The position numbers and the translations under genes were made by a program. From contig CBDCOX010000002.1 of assembly GCA_965219995.1 (NCBI GenBank), positions 5,362,269-5,426,268 on the forward strand: a stretch of DNA of 64,000 nucleotides. The letters are read 5' to 3'. The notes beneath the pieces were generated by a model. That model had not been told where the DNA came from. It made no database searches and worked only from the letters and a program-made list of their open reading frames with translations. The first letter of the stretch is position 1; each line of letters begins with the position of its first letter. Shown in pieces: positions 1 through 9,886 of the stretch. Origin of the DNA: Candidatus Latescibacterota bacterium. Its GTDB lineage: Bacteria; Latescibacterota; UBA2968; GCA-2709665.

Positions 1-539
1 GCAACATGCTGGGCATGGTGCACTCCATCAACACCGTGAGCTGGGGCATGACGGGCATCTTCGTCGACGGCATCTCGATCCCGGACTCCGCCGCGCACCA
101 GCAGGCGCAGATCGCGGCCGCCGGACCGGGCGCGCGGCTGCCCGACGCGACCAATCCGGGCATCGTGATGCGCGACGGAGCGCCGCTGCTCGCCTACGGC
201 TCCATCGGCATGGGTCTGCACCAGAAGACCATCCAGGCCCTGCACTCGATCCTGGACTTCGGCTACAGCCCCGACGAGGCGGCGAGCGCACCGGCCTTCG
301 GTTCTCCGGAGTTCACCTCGACCGGCCTCACCGAGCGGACCAGCATCGTGGAGGGCAGGTTCGATCCCGAGGTGGTCGCCGCCGCGAACGCCATGGGCGC
401 CAATCTCTACGAGGACGACCTCCTGCAGGGCGGCTGGTCCGGCGCCATGATCGACCCCGACACGGGCGCGCGCAGCGGCGGCGTCTCCATGGTCTGGGCG
501 CTGACGCCGGACAACGACAGCCGGCCGGTCGGCTATTGA
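1..539 (+). CDS. gamma-glutamyltransferase-family (Ntn hydrolase) protein, C-terminal part; 5' end outside window
   Basis: Small-subunit-like sequence GNMLGMVHSINT..GIFVDG..NPGIVMRDG..GSIG..QALHSILDFG..EAASAP; frame open to window edge. Confidence 0.8.
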   Translation, partial: NMLGMVHSINTVSWGMTGIFVDGISIPDSAAHQQAQIAAAGPGARLPDATNPGIVMRDGAPLLAYGSIGMGLHQKTIQALHSILDFGYSPDEAASAPAFGSPEFTSTGLTERTSIVEGRFDPEVVAAANAMGANLYEDDLLQGGWSGAMIDPDTGARSGGVSMVWALTPDNDSRPVGY

Positions 540-635
540 CGCAGCGGCTACGGCAACCGGCCGGTCCGGCGTGAAGGGTCAGCTTCCGCAGCTAGCCCGG
601 ACCGGACGGTGCGAGTCGATCCTTGTCGACACGAC

Positions 636-851
636 CTACGACAGGTGTGCCTTGAAGAACCCCTGCCAGTCTCGCACGGCAATGCCGCGCACCAAGGTGG
701 ATTGCATCTCGCCGATGTAGTTGTCCATCAGACCATATCGGGCGAGCCGTCCGAAGTTGCCGCCGCCGTCCTTGGAGGGTTGGTCCGAGATGTTGGATTT
801 GGACGCGGGGTACGGAGACACGCCGGGCGGAGGCCGAGGCTTTCCTGGCAT
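636..851 (-). pseudogene. probable remnant of the cognate restriction endonuclease (internally deleted)
   Basis: 71-aa ORF MPGKP..PYPASKSNISDQPSKDGGGNFGRLARYGLMDNY..WQGFF. ATG lies where the MTase catalytic domain ends. Resemblance to the C-terminus of partners of this MTase type is recalled, not searched. Confidence 0.45.
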
Positions 852-1933
852 GAGTCGAGCCTTTCGACGGCTGCGTGGTAGAACTCCGAGACGATCTCGG
901 CGCTGTGGGATGCGCGGCCGAGCCGGAACGCGCAGATGGCGGCGGGGCACAGTCCGCCGAAGGGTTCCCAGACCGTGTCGCCCGCGTCGGTCGTGGCCCG
1001 TATGGTGGTCTCAATCAGTTCCAGCGGCTTTTGGCTTCCGTGGAGGCTCTTGTACCTCCATCGCATTTGCTGCCGGTCGCCGTTGATGCGCTGCTTGCCG
1101 GACACCTGCGGTTGCCGCCAGACGTTCGTCACTCCCGCCGGACACTGGAACTTGGCTCGCATGCGGGCCCACTGTTCCGCGGTGATCGAACGCTGCCCGT
1201 CCTGGCTGAAGTAGGGCCTGCCGGAGGGATCGCCATGCTCGTTGGCATAGTCGGCGAGCCGCACGAAGGCGTCGGGCGGCGGGTAGTACCAGAGGTGATC
1301 CGCCGTGAGGTACTTGCGGGTGGCGGCGTTGGCAACGCCACAGGCGTCGTTGGCCAGGCGCAGGGGTAGTCCCGAACGGCGCCACTCGCAGCGCAGCCAG
1401 TCCTGCATGGACAATGTCCCCCCCGTCGCCGAGCGGAACCTCGGGGCCTTGACGTACTGCGCACAGACCTCCGTGATGACCGGGAACTTGCGGAGCGTGC
1501 GCGTGTTGGCGTTGCCAGCGATGTGGCCGAGGCCCTTGTCCCAGATGTGGCAGCTTCGATACTCCCACCCGTGTTCGGCGAGAAGTGGGTGGACGGTGGC
1601 CCAGCCCAGTTCGGAATTCCAGAGCCAAAGCGTGGTTTCGGGGGTGGACCGCGCTGACCACGCCTCGACGTGGGGGCGGTACCAATCGACGAGGCCGGTC
1701 GCCGTGTGCAGATCGCCAGGGAATCCGTTTAGGCCGTAAGGCCCGTCGGCGATGATGCAAACCGGCACAGGCCACAGGTCGTAGAGGGTTTCCGCAGGTT
1801 GGAAATGGATCGTCGACTTGGCGCGTTGGAAGGACTCTGGCTGCGGCGACGGTGACGCAGCGCCGTTGCGGGCGGCTCGGGTTTGCGGTTCGACAGGCAT
1901 GCGTCGTAGTGCGGCGGCGGTGTTGCGCGTCAT
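728..1933 (-). CDS. site-specific DNA methyltransferase (N6A/N4C, beta class)
   Basis: Motif IV variant IIADGPYG, IWDKG, HGSQKPLELIE, motif I variant GDTVWEPFGGL; start chosen at MTRNT with GGAAAG SD. Confidence 0.85.
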   Translation of the reverse strand: MTRNTAAALRRMPVEPQTRAARNGAASPSPQPESFQRAKSTIHFQPAETLYDLWPVPVCIIADGPYGLNGFPGDLHTATGLVDWYRPHVEAWSARSTPETTLWLWNSELGWATVHPLLAEHGWEYRSCHIWDKGLGHIAGNANTRTLRKFPVITEVCAQYVKAPRFRSATGGTLSMQDWLRCEWRRSGLPLRLANDACGVANAATRKYLTADHLWYYPPPDAFVRLADYANEHGDPSGRPYFSQDGQRSITAEQWARMRAKFQCPAGVTNVWRQPQVSGKQRINGDRQQMRWRYKSLHGSQKPLELIETTIRATTDAGDTVWEPFGGLCPAAICAFRLGRASHSAEIVSEFYHAAVERLDSCQESLGLRPACLRTPRPNPTSRTNPPRTAAATSDGSPDMV

Positions 1934-2056
1934 GTCTTTCCGTCTCGTCGTATTGTACGCAGGTCCGCGCGGGAGCGTGACCGCGATGCGGTTTCTCGCT
2001 GGCTCTCGCTGGGACGCAGGTTGGGTCGTGGTCACCTCGGACCGGGATTCCAATAA

Positions 2057-2072
2057 CTGTATATGAATACAG
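2057..2072. promoter_or_regulatory. LexA (SOS) box
   Basis: CTGT-ATATGAAT-ACAG matches the gamma/betaproteobacterial CTGT-N8-ACAG consensus; AT-rich spacer in a GC-rich genome; intergenic. Confidence 0.8.
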
Positions 2073-2203
2073 CTAAAAGAGCCAGCCTTCCCTCAAGCCA
2101 GTCAAGCAAGGCTGACGTTCGTCGGCTCCCAGCGGGGCTCTGCTCCTGAGGGTGTCACGCCCGGCCGCGTCGTAGCATTTGATCCGGTTGGAACGGTTGA
2201 GGG

Positions 2204-2986
2204 GTGACAGCTTTCCTCAAGCCCGTGCTGGCGGCTGTGCTGCTGCACGCGACGATCGCGCAGGACGTGCGCGCCGGCGACGACCAGCACGTGCGTCGCT
2301 TCGGCGGCGTGCTGCACTTCGCGATCCTGCGCGGGGTGCCCGGCGTCGACGTGCAGGCGGAGATCCTCGGCGCGCTCCTGGCCGCCGTGCCCGAGGAACT
2401 CGAAGGGATCGAACCGGAGCACCAGGCGGTGCAGGGGTTCTGGCCCCTGAATCCGTCTTGCGAGCGCGAGGAACTGATCTGGGCCGAGCGCTACCGCGAC
2501 CTCAGGGACTGGACGAACGCCGAGTTCACCGCCCAGCGGGACCCCGGCTGGATCACCAACCAGGTGGCGCTCATGCAGTCGGGGAGGCTCACGTTCTACT
2601 CCGAGGCGCAGGTGGAGGACACCCTGGACGATGCGCCGCGCCTGATGCGCCGGCCGGAAGACCCGCCGATCGCCGTCCACTGGCTGCAGCTCCGTTCCGA
2701 GTCGATCCTGCCCAATCTCGTGGCCCTGCCGGAGCACGTACGGAAGCTGGATCGCCTGCTGCGGGAGGCGGGCCACACCGACATCGCCGTGCAGTACTAC
2801 GGCGCCCTGACCTCGGCCGGGAGCGACCGGGAGAACGCGAGCATCTGGGTGGAGTACCGGGATCTCGCGGCGATGTCGGCAGCCCTGGCGTTCCTGACCA
2901 CCGATCCCGCCGCCCGCGGCTGGCGCCGGGGACTTGCCCACCTGACCGACGTACAACGCGAGTGGTACCTGCTGGAGGCCAAATGA
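2204..2986 (+). CDS. exported hypothetical protein, possible NIPSNAP/dimeric alpha-beta barrel C-terminus
   Basis: Signal-peptide-like N-terminus, typical codon usage, ATGA overlap with next gene; IWVEYRDLAAM..DP..W pattern. Confidence 0.6.
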   Translation: MTAFLKPVLAAVLLHATIAQDVRAGDDQHVRRFGGVLHFAILRGVPGVDVQAEILGALLAAVPEELEGIEPEHQAVQGFWPLNPSCEREELIWAERYRDLRDWTNAEFTAQRDPGWITNQVALMQSGRLTFYSEAQVEDTLDDAPRLMRRPEDPPIAVHWLQLRSESILPNLVALPEHVRKLDRLLREAGHTDIAVQYYGALTSAGSDRENASIWVEYRDLAAMSAALAFLTTDPAARGWRRGLAHLTDVQREWYLLEAK

Positions 2987-5900
2987 ACACGATCAACTGC
3001 GCCCGTTCCCCGTTCGCGGTCCTCGTCCTGTTCGGCGCGGGCGTCTGCCTCGCCCAGGACGAGCCCGCGGCGCCGCACCCGTTGTTGCCGGCCTACGAGC
3101 GCGCGGCGGCGGTCCAGGGGCACGCCGAGGACCGATGGGTGCTCAACCAGACCATCCATCCGCGGTGGATCGATGCGTCCACGTTCTGGTACGAGCGCGA
3201 AACGCCCGGGGGCAAGGTGTACACGCTGGTGGACGCGGAACGCCGCGAAAAGCGGCCCGCCTTCGACCACGAAGCCCTCGCGGCCTCGCTCACCGAAGAG
3301 ACGGGCCAGGAGATCGACGCCGACGCGTTGCCCATAGTGGGCGTCGAGATCGAACCCTCCGCGGTGACCTTCACGGCCGTTGGCCGCTTCTTTCGATTCG
3401 AGGACGGCGAACTCGAGGAACTCGACGCCAATCCCAACGACGCTTCCTGGCTGGTCTCCCCCGACGGGTCCAGGGCGGCCTTCTCCAGGGACCACAACCT
3501 CTGGGTGAAGCGCCTCGCTTCCGGCGAGGAGAAACAGCTCACGAGCGACGGCGAACCCTTCTACGCCTACGGGGCGACGCCCAACGCCACCGGCCGGCCC
3601 GCGGTCAGGCCGGAAGCCGTGTGGTCACCCGACTCGCGCTACCTCTTCACCGCGCAGACGGACGACCGCCAGGTGCAGTCCCTGCCGGTGATCGACTTCG
3701 CGCCCGCCGACGGGAGCATCCGGCCCAGGGTGATCGACTACCGCCAGGCGCTGCCCGGCGACGAGCACATAACCCGCTTCCGCACGACCGTCATCGACAC
3801 GGACACCGGCAAGCAGACGCCGGTCCACTACCCGGACCTCGCGGCGGCGCGCATGAACGACACGCCCTTCGGGGGCAACCGCGCCTGGTGGTCCGCGGAC
3901 TCCACGGCGGTCTACTTCGTGGACATCCTGCGCGGCGAGCGGGAGGCCCGCGTGGTCACCGCGGCCCGCGACTCGGGGCTCGCCCGCGTGGTGTTCCGGG
4001 AGACCACGGACACCTACCTGGAACTCGGCTCGAACGTGTACATGCCGACCTTCATCGTGCCCCTGCCCGGGAGCGAGGAGTTCGTCTGGTATTCGGAGAA
4101 GTCGGGCTGGGGGCACCTGTACCTGCACGACGCGTCAACGGGCGAGGAGAAGCGTGCGCTTACCGCCGGCGACTGGCTCGTGAGAGACGTGCTCGGGGTG
4201 GACCGGGAAGGGCGCGAACTCTTCCTGACCGTCGGCGGGCGCCGGCCGGACGCCAATCCCTACTTTCGCGAAGTGGTCCGGGTGAACCTGGACACCGCCG
4301 AACTCACCGTGCTGAGCGCCAGTGACGCGGACCACATCGTGCTCTCGCAGGGCGACTTCTCGCTGCTGCTGCTCACCGTCTTCGGCCAGGACCCGGGCGC
4401 GGTTTCCGGGCTGTCTCCCGGCGCCGCCTACTACGTGGAGACCCGCCAGCGCCCGGACCGGCCCAACGCCACCGCGCTCATGTCGGCGGACGGCGAGGAA
4501 CTCCTGCTCGTCGAGGAGGCAACGCCGCATGCCGTGCCGGACGGGCAACGCTGGCCCGAACCCTTCACCGTCACCGCCGCCGACGGCGAAACGGAGATTC
4601 GCGGCGTGATGCTGAAGCCGCGGGACTTCGATCCCGGCCGGTCCTACCCGGTGATCGACTACATCTACGGCGGGCCCCAGGTCGCGAACGTGCCCAAGAC
4701 GGGTTTCAGTTCCCTGTCCTCCCTGAGCCTCGACTCGGCCGCGTCCCTGGCGGAACTGGGGTTCGTCGCGGTCATCCTGGACGGACGCGGCACCACGGAA
4801 CGCTCGCGCGCCTTCCACGAGTCGTCCTACGGCCGGCTGCAGACCGCGAGCAACCTCGAAGACCACGTCGCCGCCATCCGGCAGCTCGCCGAGCGGTTCC
4901 CGTACCTGGACGCGGAGCGCGTCGGCATCACCGGGGTCTCCGGCGGCGGCTACATGGCCGCGCGCGGCATGCTCAAGTTCCCGGAGTTCTTCAAGGTCGG
5001 CGTGTCCATCGCCGGCAACCACGACCAGCGGCTGTTCTGGCACAGTTGGGGCGAGCGCTACCAGGGCCTGCCGGCGGGGGACAACTACCTCGAGCAGGCG
5101 AACCTGACGCACGCCGCGAGCCTCGAGGGCAAGCTCCTCTTCATTCACGGCATGCTGGACTTCGGCGTCCACCCCGGCGGCCTCTTCCAGCTCACGCAGG
5201 CCCTCATGGACGCCAACAAGGTGTTCGACCTGGTGCTGTTGCCGCAGACCGGTCACGCGCTGCCCGGTTACGGCATGGTGCGCATGTGGGACTATTTCGT
5301 CCGGCATCTCGGCGGGATGGAACCGCCGCCGGGCTTCAGCGCGAAGTCGTCCTCGGACCGCATGATGGAGCAGGTGAAGACCATTCAGATGGCCGCCATG
5401 GCACAACCCGAGGCGCCGCCGGCCGACGACCCGGCCGCGGACGAGTGGGGTCCGGCGGTGCGGGTCACGCTGGAGACGGACGCCGGCGACATCGCGCTGG
5501 CGGTGTACCCGGAGGCCGCGCCCGCGTCCGCCGGCAGTTTCCTGGAACACGTCGACCAGGGGCTCTTCGACGGCGGTGCCTTCTACCGCGTCGTGCGCCG
5601 GAACAACGACAACGGCTCGCCGGTCATCGAAGTGGTTCAGGGCGGCCTGACGGACCCCTCGAAAGCCCTGCCGTCAGTCCCGCACGAGACTACCGAGCAG
5701 ACCGGCATCCGCCACCTCGACGGCACGCTGTCACTCGGCCGGACGGACCCCGGCAGCGCCAGCGGCGGCGCGTTCTTCGTCACCGTCGGCGACCAGCCGA
5801 GCCTCGACTTCGGCGGTGCCCGCAACGCCGACGGCCTCGGCTTCGCCGCGTTCGGACGCGTCACCTCCGGCATGGACGTGGTGCACGGGATTCACCAGGA

Positions 5901-5991
5901 GGAAGCCACGGCACCCACGGACAACGCCTACCTGCGGGGCCAGTTGCTGAACGAGCCGGTGATCATTCGCAAGGCGTATCGGCAACCTTGA
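2983..5991 (+). CDS. S9B dipeptidyl-peptidase IV-like peptidase fused to C-terminal cyclophilin-type peptidyl-prolyl isomerase (1002 aa)
   Basis: GGAGG SD, signal peptide, DPPIV beta-propeller, GVSGGG/HGMLD/TGH triad; from ~5458 FYRVV..VVQGG..SLGRT..FFVTV..LDFGG..FAAFGRV. Confidence 0.9.
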   Translation: MNTINCARSPFAVLVLFGAGVCLAQDEPAAPHPLLPAYERAAAVQGHAEDRWVLNQTIHPRWIDASTFWYERETPGGKVYTLVDAERREKRPAFDHEALAASLTEETGQEIDADALPIVGVEIEPSAVTFTAVGRFFRFEDGELEELDANPNDASWLVSPDGSRAAFSRDHNLWVKRLASGEEKQLTSDGEPFYAYGATPNATGRPAVRPEAVWSPDSRYLFTAQTDDRQVQSLPVIDFAPADGSIRPRVIDYRQALPGDEHITRFRTTVIDTDTGKQTPVHYPDLAAARMNDTPFGGNRAWWSADSTAVYFVDILRGEREARVVTAARDSGLARVVFRETTDTYLELGSNVYMPTFIVPLPGSEEFVWYSEKSGWGHLYLHDASTGEEKRALTAGDWLVRDVLGVDREGRELFLTVGGRRPDANPYFREVVRVNLDTAELTVLSASDADHIVLSQGDFSLLLLTVFGQDPGAVSGLSPGAAYYVETRQRPDRPNATALMSADGEELLLVEEATPHAVPDGQRWPEPFTVTAADGETEIRGVMLKPRDFDPGRSYPVIDYIYGGPQVANVPKTGFSSLSSLSLDSAASLAELGFVAVILDGRGTTERSRAFHESSYGRLQTASNLEDHVAAIRQLAERFPYLDAERVGITGVSGGGYMAARGMLKFPEFFKVGVSIAGNHDQRLFWHSWGERYQGLPAGDNYLEQANLTHAASLEGKLLFIHGMLDFGVHPGGLFQLTQALMDANKVFDLVLLPQTGHALPGYGMVRMWDYFVRHLGGMEPPPGFSAKSSSDRMMEQVKTIQMAAMAQPEAPPADDPAADEWGPAVRVTLETDAGDIALAVYPEAAPASAGSFLEHVDQGLFDGGAFYRVVRRNNDNGSPVIEVVQGGLTDPSKALPSVPHETTEQTGIRHLDGTLSLGRTDPGSASGGAFFVTVGDQPSLDFGGARNADGLGFAAFGRVTSGMDVVHGIHQEEATAPTDNAYLRGQLLNEPVIIRKAYRQP

Positions 5992-5997
5992 GGAGCT

Positions 5998-7518
5998 TCA
6001 GGACTTCAGCAGGGCCCTGAAGCGCGTATGCGCGTAGCGACGGCGCCCGACCTCGTGAAACGACAGCAGCGCCATGCGTCCCCAGACGCCCGAGAAGAAG
6101 TCCTTCGGCAGCCCCGCCGGGGCGAACAGGTTGTCGTGAACGGCCGAGCAGGTGACCGTCGGCGCCGCGTCGCTCGAGCCCATGTAGAGTTCCAGGACCT
6201 CCTTCTGTTCCTCGCTGGCCGGCAGGTAGTGCGAGGTCACGTCGATTTCGTCGGCGCCTTTCCCTGCACGCACTTCCGCGCGTGACTCGAAAGACTCGTA
6301 GTCGCCGGCGTAGTGACTCATCGGCAGGGTGGTCGCCGCCTCGGAGAAGGGCGGCTCGACGGTCAGTCCGACGTGCTCCCGCAGTACGGTGCTGACCAAC
6401 CGGTCGTGCAGGGGGCTCGATCCCGGCCCGGTGCCGAAACTCGCGATCACAAGGTCGTACTCCGGGAACACCGTCAGCCCGGAAGTGCCTCCCGGCGACC
6501 CGCCGCCATGCCACCAGCCCGTGGTGCCGCCGATGGACGGCAGGAACCAGCCAAGCCCAATCGGCGGCGCGTTGGGCGTCTTCAGATCGAACGTCGGGGT
6601 GCGCATCGCCCGGCAGAGTTCGGCGGAGAGCACGCGCGTTCCGTTGGGCGCGACGCCGTCCGCCAGGTGCGTGCGCGCGAACGCGATGAGGTCCGGCACG
6701 TTGACGATCGGCGTCGCCCCGGCCGGGGCCGCCGACACCGGCAGCATGAACAGGCGCGCCGCCGCCATCTCGCCGTCCGGGCCGGGATAGGCCCCGACCG
6801 CGGTGCGGTGGAGGATCGCCTGGGTCGCGGAGGTGACGGACCGGTCCATGCCGATGGGCGCGTAGATTTCCTCTTCCAGCGTCCGGTCGAAACGCTTGCC
6901 CGACAGGGTCTCGATGATGCGCCCGGCGATCGTGAAACCCGGGTTCGTGTAGTGCAGCAGTTCGTCCGGGGCGAACAGGGTGCCGATCCCGGAAAGCGCG
7001 TCGATGTACGACTGCACCGCGTTGGGGCCGAACTCCCGTGCGGGCATCAGGGTGTCCGCATCGATGCCGTTGGTGTGGTTGACGAGCTGGCGCACCCGGA
7101 TGCGCTCCGCGGCCCCCTCCTCGGCCAGGCGAAAGTCCGGGAGATAGCGGGTGATGGGCGCATCGAGATCGATCTTCCCCGCTTCCACGTACTTCAGCAG
7201 CAGGGTGGTGGTCAGCACCTTGGTGATGGAGCCGAGCAGCCAGGCCGTATCCGTCGTCATCGGATCGCCGGTGTTGAGGTTGCGCACCCCGTGCGCGAAC
7301 AGCCACTCCGATCCGTCCTGGTAGATCCCGGCCACGTAGCCGGGCGAGCCGAGTTCTTCCGCAAGTTTCGGTATCAGCTCGGAAAGGAGCCCGCCGATGC
7401 CTGCGAGGGACGAACCCCCCACTTGCCCGCCGCCCGACGACGCGGGCGCGCCCGTGAGTGCAATGGCGGGTGCAGCGGCCAGCGTGGCCGCCCCGGAAAC
7501 GAACTGTCGACGTCGCAT
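5998..7518 (-). CDS. Tat-exported serine hydrolase (beta-lactamase/AmpC-like family)
   Basis: MRRRQF Tat motif; SITK (SxxK), YTN (YxN), HGGG. Confidence 0.9.
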   Translation of the reverse strand: MRRRQFVSGAATLAAAPAIALTGAPASSGGGQVGGSSLAGIGGLLSELIPKLAEELGSPGYVAGIYQDGSEWLFAHGVRNLNTGDPMTTDTAWLLGSITKVLTTTLLLKYVEAGKIDLDAPITRYLPDFRLAEEGAAERIRVRQLVNHTNGIDADTLMPAREFGPNAVQSYIDALSGIGTLFAPDELLHYTNPGFTIAGRIIETLSGKRFDRTLEEEIYAPIGMDRSVTSATQAILHRTAVGAYPGPDGEMAAARLFMLPVSAAPAGATPIVNVPDLIAFARTHLADGVAPNGTRVLSAELCRAMRTPTFDLKTPNAPPIGLGWFLPSIGGTTGWWHGGGSPGGTSGLTVFPEYDLVIASFGTGPGSSPLHDRLVSTVLREHVGLTVEPPFSEAATTLPMSHYAGDYESFESRAEVRAGKGADEIDVTSHYLPASEEQKEVLELYMGSSDAAPTVTCSAVHDNLFAPAGLPKDFFSGVWGRMALLSFHEVGRRRYAHTRFRALLKS

Positions 7519-7564
7519 GCGTATACCTCAATGGCCAACACGATCTCTCATGGAGACGCAGGAA

Positions 7565-9886
7565 CTACCGCCCGGACTCCATCACGTTTCTTGCAAAGAA
7601 GCCGGCGAGCTTGCGAATGAAGTAAGCCTCCCCCGCGCCGGTGTAGCCGTGCCCCTCCTCGGGAAGCACGACCTGGTCGTGGTCGACGCCGGCATCGATC
7701 AGCGCCCGGCTCATGCGCATGAACTCCGGAAACGTCGCGAAATCCGCCAGGCCGCCCACCAGCATCAGCCGGCCCTTGACCTGCGGCGCCAGGCGGTAGG
7801 GGGATGCGAACTCGTAGGCGCTCTTGGCCCGCTCCGGCAGGTCGAGGTAGGGCTCGTACAGGAGCGACGCGTAAGGGTTGAAGCCCGGTGCGCTCGAGAC
7901 CGCGGCCCGGTACAGGTCCGGCGCCTGGGCCAGCGCCGCGAAGGCGTAGTAGCCGCCCCAGGAGTGGCCCCAGATGCCGACGCGGTCGAGGTCCATGAAG
8001 GGATGCCGCTCGCCGAGCTGACGGATGGCGGCGGCATGGTCCGCGATCTCGTTCTGGCCCCAGCTCCGGTAGATGACGTCCTGGAACGCCTTCGAGCGCT
8101 CCGGCGTGCCCCGCCCGTCGAGGGTGACGACCACGTAGCCGAGCTGCGCCATGGCCCGCGGCAGGTTCTGCGTCTTCGACAGGCCGAGCGAGAACGTCCT
8201 GTCGGTCGCGACGATCTGGGGTCCGGCGTAGAGGTATTCGAGCACCGGGTACGTCTTGTCGGGGTCGAAGTCGTACGGCCGGTGCATCACGCCCCAGAGA
8301 TCGGTCTCGCCGTCGGCGGCCTTGACGCTGAACTCCACCGTCGGCGTCCAGCCCAGCGATTCCAGCGCGCCGATGTCGGCTGCAGCCAGGGTGCGGGCCA
8401 AGGCGCCGTCGGCGGAGCGCAGATCGACGCGCGGCGCCCGGCCGGGACTCGAGTGGGTATCGAGGAACCAGGCGAGGGACGGGGAGAACCGCACGGCGTG
8501 CTGGCCTTCCCCCTCGGTCAGCCGCTGCACGGCGCCACCGCCGAGCGGCACCCGGTACAGGTGGGTGTCGTAGACCCGGGGACGCTCGCCATGGGCCGTG
8601 AAGTACACCCAGCCGTTCTCCTGGTCGACTTCCCGCACCTCGAGCACCGGGTAGTCGCCCCGCGTCAACTGGCGTTCGAGACGCCCGTCGTTGCGATACA
8701 GGTAGAGGTGATTCCAGCCGTCCCGCGTCGATTCCCACAGGAAGCCGCTCCCGTCCGGCAGGGCCGTGAAGCCGGTATTGCCGAAGGAGACGACATCGTG
8801 CTGGATCTTGACGAAGGTATCGGCCGTCTCGGTGAACAGCGTGCGCACCGATCCGTCCCGGGCGTTTGCGGCCATGACGTCCACCGACTTGAAGTCCCGG
8901 GAGAAACGCGCGAACAGCGCTTCCGACGAGTCCGGCAGCCATCCGAGCAGGTTGAAGTAGCGGTCCTCCGTATCCACGTCGACGGCGACCCGCTCGCCCG
9001 AGAGGATGTGCAGGATGTGGGGCCGCACATGGTCGAGGTGACCCCCGGCGACGGCGAAGGGCCGCAGGACGATGCGCTCGAGGGTGTCCATGTAGCGCAG
9101 TTCCCCCTTGCGCGGCAGCTTCGACCGGTCGGTCAGGGTCGCCCAGAGCTTCAGGCTGTCCGGAGACCAGGGGGTGAACGGCACGTAGACGATGGAGATG
9201 CCCGCGCCGAGGGTGAGGCGCGTGCTCTCCACGTCCCAGGCGTCGTCGAACGTGCCGTCGGCCGTGAGCGCATGGACGCCGCCGTCCGCCGCCGAGCGCA
9301 GGGCCACGTTCTCGTCGATCAGCGTCGCGTACCACTTGCCGTCCGGGGAGCGCACCTCGGGCGACGGCGTGGGCAGGCCGAAGTAGTTGCGGCGCGGGAA
9401 GGTGCCCGGCCGCACGTTGGCGGCCGGCGTCGCGGCCGGCGCGGGTTGGGGCTCGACCACGTAAGCCGCCATGTCCAGGCTGAACCGCGCGCCTTCCAAG
9501 GCGAAGCTCGCCGTGGCGCCGTCGGGAGACAACTGGAAGGTCTCGAACGGGACCCCGGCGTAGGGCGGCTCGTGGCCGATCGCCGCGGCGATGGCGGCAC
9601 GCAGGCGCGGGACGTCGAACAGCGGCTCCACGGTGTCGGCGGCCGGATCCACGCGCCAGATCACCCGGTTGGCCGGCCCGCCCTCGGCGAACCAGAAGCT
9701 CGAGCCGTCGGCGAGCCAGTTGGGCTCGATGGAGGCGCCTTTCACGAGCGTCGCGAACTCGAGATAGCGCTCGAACACCGCCTGCCGGCGGTCGTCGGCC
9801 GCCGCCAGCGGCGCAACCGTCATTGATGCCAACGCGGCTGTCAACGCGAAGACGATCGCCGCCCGCACTCTCCCGCTTCGGTTCAT
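7565..9886 (-). CDS. S9B dipeptidyl-peptidase IV-like peptidase
   Basis: Signal peptide, DPPIV N-terminal propeller, GIWGHSWGGY, catalytic D (LADF) and H (EGHG). Confidence 0.9.
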   Translation of the reverse strand: MNRSGRVRAAIVFALTAALASMTVAPLAAADDRRQAVFERYLEFATLVKGASIEPNWLADGSSFWFAEGGPANRVIWRVDPAADTVEPLFDVPRLRAAIAAAIGHEPPYAGVPFETFQLSPDGATASFALEGARFSLDMAAYVVEPQPAPAATPAANVRPGTFPRRNYFGLPTPSPEVRSPDGKWYATLIDENVALRSAADGGVHALTADGTFDDAWDVESTRLTLGAGISIVYVPFTPWSPDSLKLWATLTDRSKLPRKGELRYMDTLERIVLRPFAVAGGHLDHVRPHILHILSGERVAVDVDTEDRYFNLLGWLPDSSEALFARFSRDFKSVDVMAANARDGSVRTLFTETADTFVKIQHDVVSFGNTGFTALPDGSGFLWESTRDGWNHLYLYRNDGRLERQLTRGDYPVLEVREVDQENGWVYFTAHGERPRVYDTHLYRVPLGGGAVQRLTEGEGQHAVRFSPSLAWFLDTHSSPGRAPRVDLRSADGALARTLAAADIGALESLGWTPTVEFSVKAADGETDLWGVMHRPYDFDPDKTYPVLEYLYAGPQIVATDRTFSLGLSKTQNLPRAMAQLGYVVVTLDGRGTPERSKAFQDVIYRSWGQNEIADHAAAIRQLGERHPFMDLDRVGIWGHSWGGYYAFAALAQAPDLYRAAVSSAPGFNPYASLLYEPYLDLPERAKSAYEFASPYRLAPQVKGRLMLVGGLADFATFPEFMRMSRALIDAGVDHDQVVLPEEGHGYTGAGEAYFIRKLAGFFARNVMESGR

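Noticed and set aside
2179-2982. N-terminal extension making a 1270-aa ORF
   Set aside because: Arg/Gly-rich shadow frame overlapping gene 2204-2986; SD and signal peptide place the start at 2983
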